The position numbers were made by a program, and so were the translations under genes. This document shows positions 62,855 to 64,000 of a stretch of DNA of 64,000 bases, in pieces. The number at the start of each line of letters is the position of its first letter. Within the stretch, counting starts at the first letter, position 1. Under the pieces are notes generated by a model that saw only the letters and a program-made list of their open reading frames with translations, ran no database searches and had not been told where the DNA came from. Source of the stretch: Moniliella sp. 'wahieum' (lineage: Eukaryota); the NCBI GenBank assembly GCA_003971905.1, contig RSEE01000009.1, positions 744,001-808,000 on the forward strand, in the 5' to 3' direction.

Positions 62855-62906
62855 CCTGAGGCCCTGAGGCCTGTGGCACATGATGCATGATGCATGATGC
62901 ATGATG
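62855..62906. repeat. 7-bp-period microrepeats (CCTGAGG and CATGATG types)
   Basis: cctgaggccctgaggcctg at 62856 and (CATGATG)x4 at 62879-62906. Related clusters at 62285-62312 and 62405-62440. Confidence 0.85.
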
Positions 62907-63311
62907 GCGCAGCCCGTCACCCGTGGAGCTGCCGCGATGTGGAGTAGGATTCAACCAGAAATCGGGGAAATGAACGCATGCGAATTTGGCAGATATATCC
63001 CTGGCGCAAATGCATGAGGCCTGATGAGGTTAAGCTAAACATTCTATATAGAGAATGGGACAATGGTGTGCACACTACCTTCGTCATATGTGACTTTAAA
63101 GCTAAGTGTGCCGGGAACTTGGGTTCATCCCAGACAATTAAACCCCGCAGCCGTGAAAGAAGGGACAAAGGTGAAATGGTGGCCTGCGTCATTCTCTGTA
63201 GCGCTGCATATATTGTATTGTCACCGCGTGTACGAGAGAGAAGAGAAACCAAGAAAGCGATGATACGTAAGTGAGGTCTGGCAGACAACGATGAAATAGT
63301 GCAAACATGGA

Positions 63312-64000
63312 TTACATCTTGGACAAGTCGCGGCCAAAGATGCCACGTTTAACATAGTCCACCGTCAAAAGCAAGCGGGTACGCCAATCAACTTGCTCCG
63401 AAAGGTAAAATGAGCGCCACACGTACATGGCCACCAACCTCCAGCAAATTGGCCCACCCTTTCAGGCAGGAATGGAATGTCAAACGCTGCTGCATTGCCA
63501 ATGTAGGCCAAGCTGCCCAAGTTGCGGAACTTGAACGGAGGATAGTTGTTATCCTCCCACTTGGCAGGCTTGGCCACCGGGTTGACGGAATTCAAGTCGT
63601 CAGATACACTGGAATTCCTGGTCGCAAGCTCCTGATCCCGAGCGGTGGCTAGGTCGTTGAGCATACCCCCTAAATACGCCCCTGCTGTGATGCGGTCTGG
63701 GCGGTGGCAGGGTAGGCGGTAATGTTGTTCTGCAGACCGAGGAGGAGGGAGGCAAGCTCATTGATAGACAGCTGTTGTCCTGGTCTTCGTCGTATTTTTG
63801 GAACAGACGGTCCAGTTTCTGGAAATGGCGTGTGGCCAGCGGGTAATGCACACTGATCTTGTTACAACCGGACGAATTCTGAGTAGGACAAGAGGCCGTT
63901 GCAGTTGCCGTCAAAACGGTCCACCCACTCGTACAGATGGTCAATCAACCGATTGTCAATCGTTGCCGCATCCCCAAGTGCGTACATCGTGCCCGGAATG
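63312..64000 (-). CDS. C-terminal part of type II (alternative) mitochondrial NADH dehydrogenase with EF-hand insert (Nde1/64-kDa type); 5' part outside window; frameshifts
   Basis: IPGTMYALGDAATI at the window edge, EF-hand-like DEDQDN, PATAQTASQQG, PFKFRNLGSLAYIGNAAAFD, MYMWRSFYLSEQV..RLLLTVDYVKRGIFGRDLSKM-stop. Confidence 0.88.

Noticed and set aside
63015..63045. CTGATGA hammerhead core candidate
   Set aside because: No GAAA after a stem II and no flanking helices.
62917..63288. ORF containing LIVWDE, like a Helitron/Pif1 Walker B
   Set aside because: Single short motif with no other helicase motifs; the region is the 3' flank of the NADH dehydrogenase gene.

Overview
This is eukaryotic, fungal genomic DNA. 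It is GC-rich with few short GT-AG introns, and the protein signatures fit a basidiomycete, most plausibly Ustilaginomycotina (inference). The window holds 15 recognisable protein genes: BSD2/NDFIP, YTA7/ATAD2, an APC amino-acid permease, NHP2, a KpsF/GutQ-like SIS protein, PI31, YOS9/OS-9, CHD1, CDC55/B55, a Gti1/Pac2 (WOPR) transcription factor, PTC7-like PP2C, STE24, the PKA regulatory subunit, a peroxisomal acyl-CoA synthetase and a partial EF-hand type-II NADH dehydrogenase. It also holds an intron-containing tRNA-Arg(ACG). Most genes carry 1-bp frameshifts, best explained as uncorrected long-read assembly errors, so many gene ends are approximate. Mobile DNA comprises six copies of one CRE-clade (RT + restriction-like endonuclease) non-LTR retrotransposon, three of which keep a structured 5' motif plus 3' sequence but are internally deleted (SIDE-like), three solo LTRs with perfect 5-bp TSDs, and possible decayed Ty3/gypsy debris. 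The most unusual signal is in intergenic and promoter DNA, which is full of short 7-bp-period repeats of many different sequences that obey one rule, xyTNAy'x' (an A-nnnn-T hexamer palindrome plus one base). Alignment of a decayed retrotransposon copy to its better-preserved siblings shows such heptamers arising as discrete 7-bp fold-back insertions. This suggests an undescribed mutational or transposon-footprint process acting in open chromatin.
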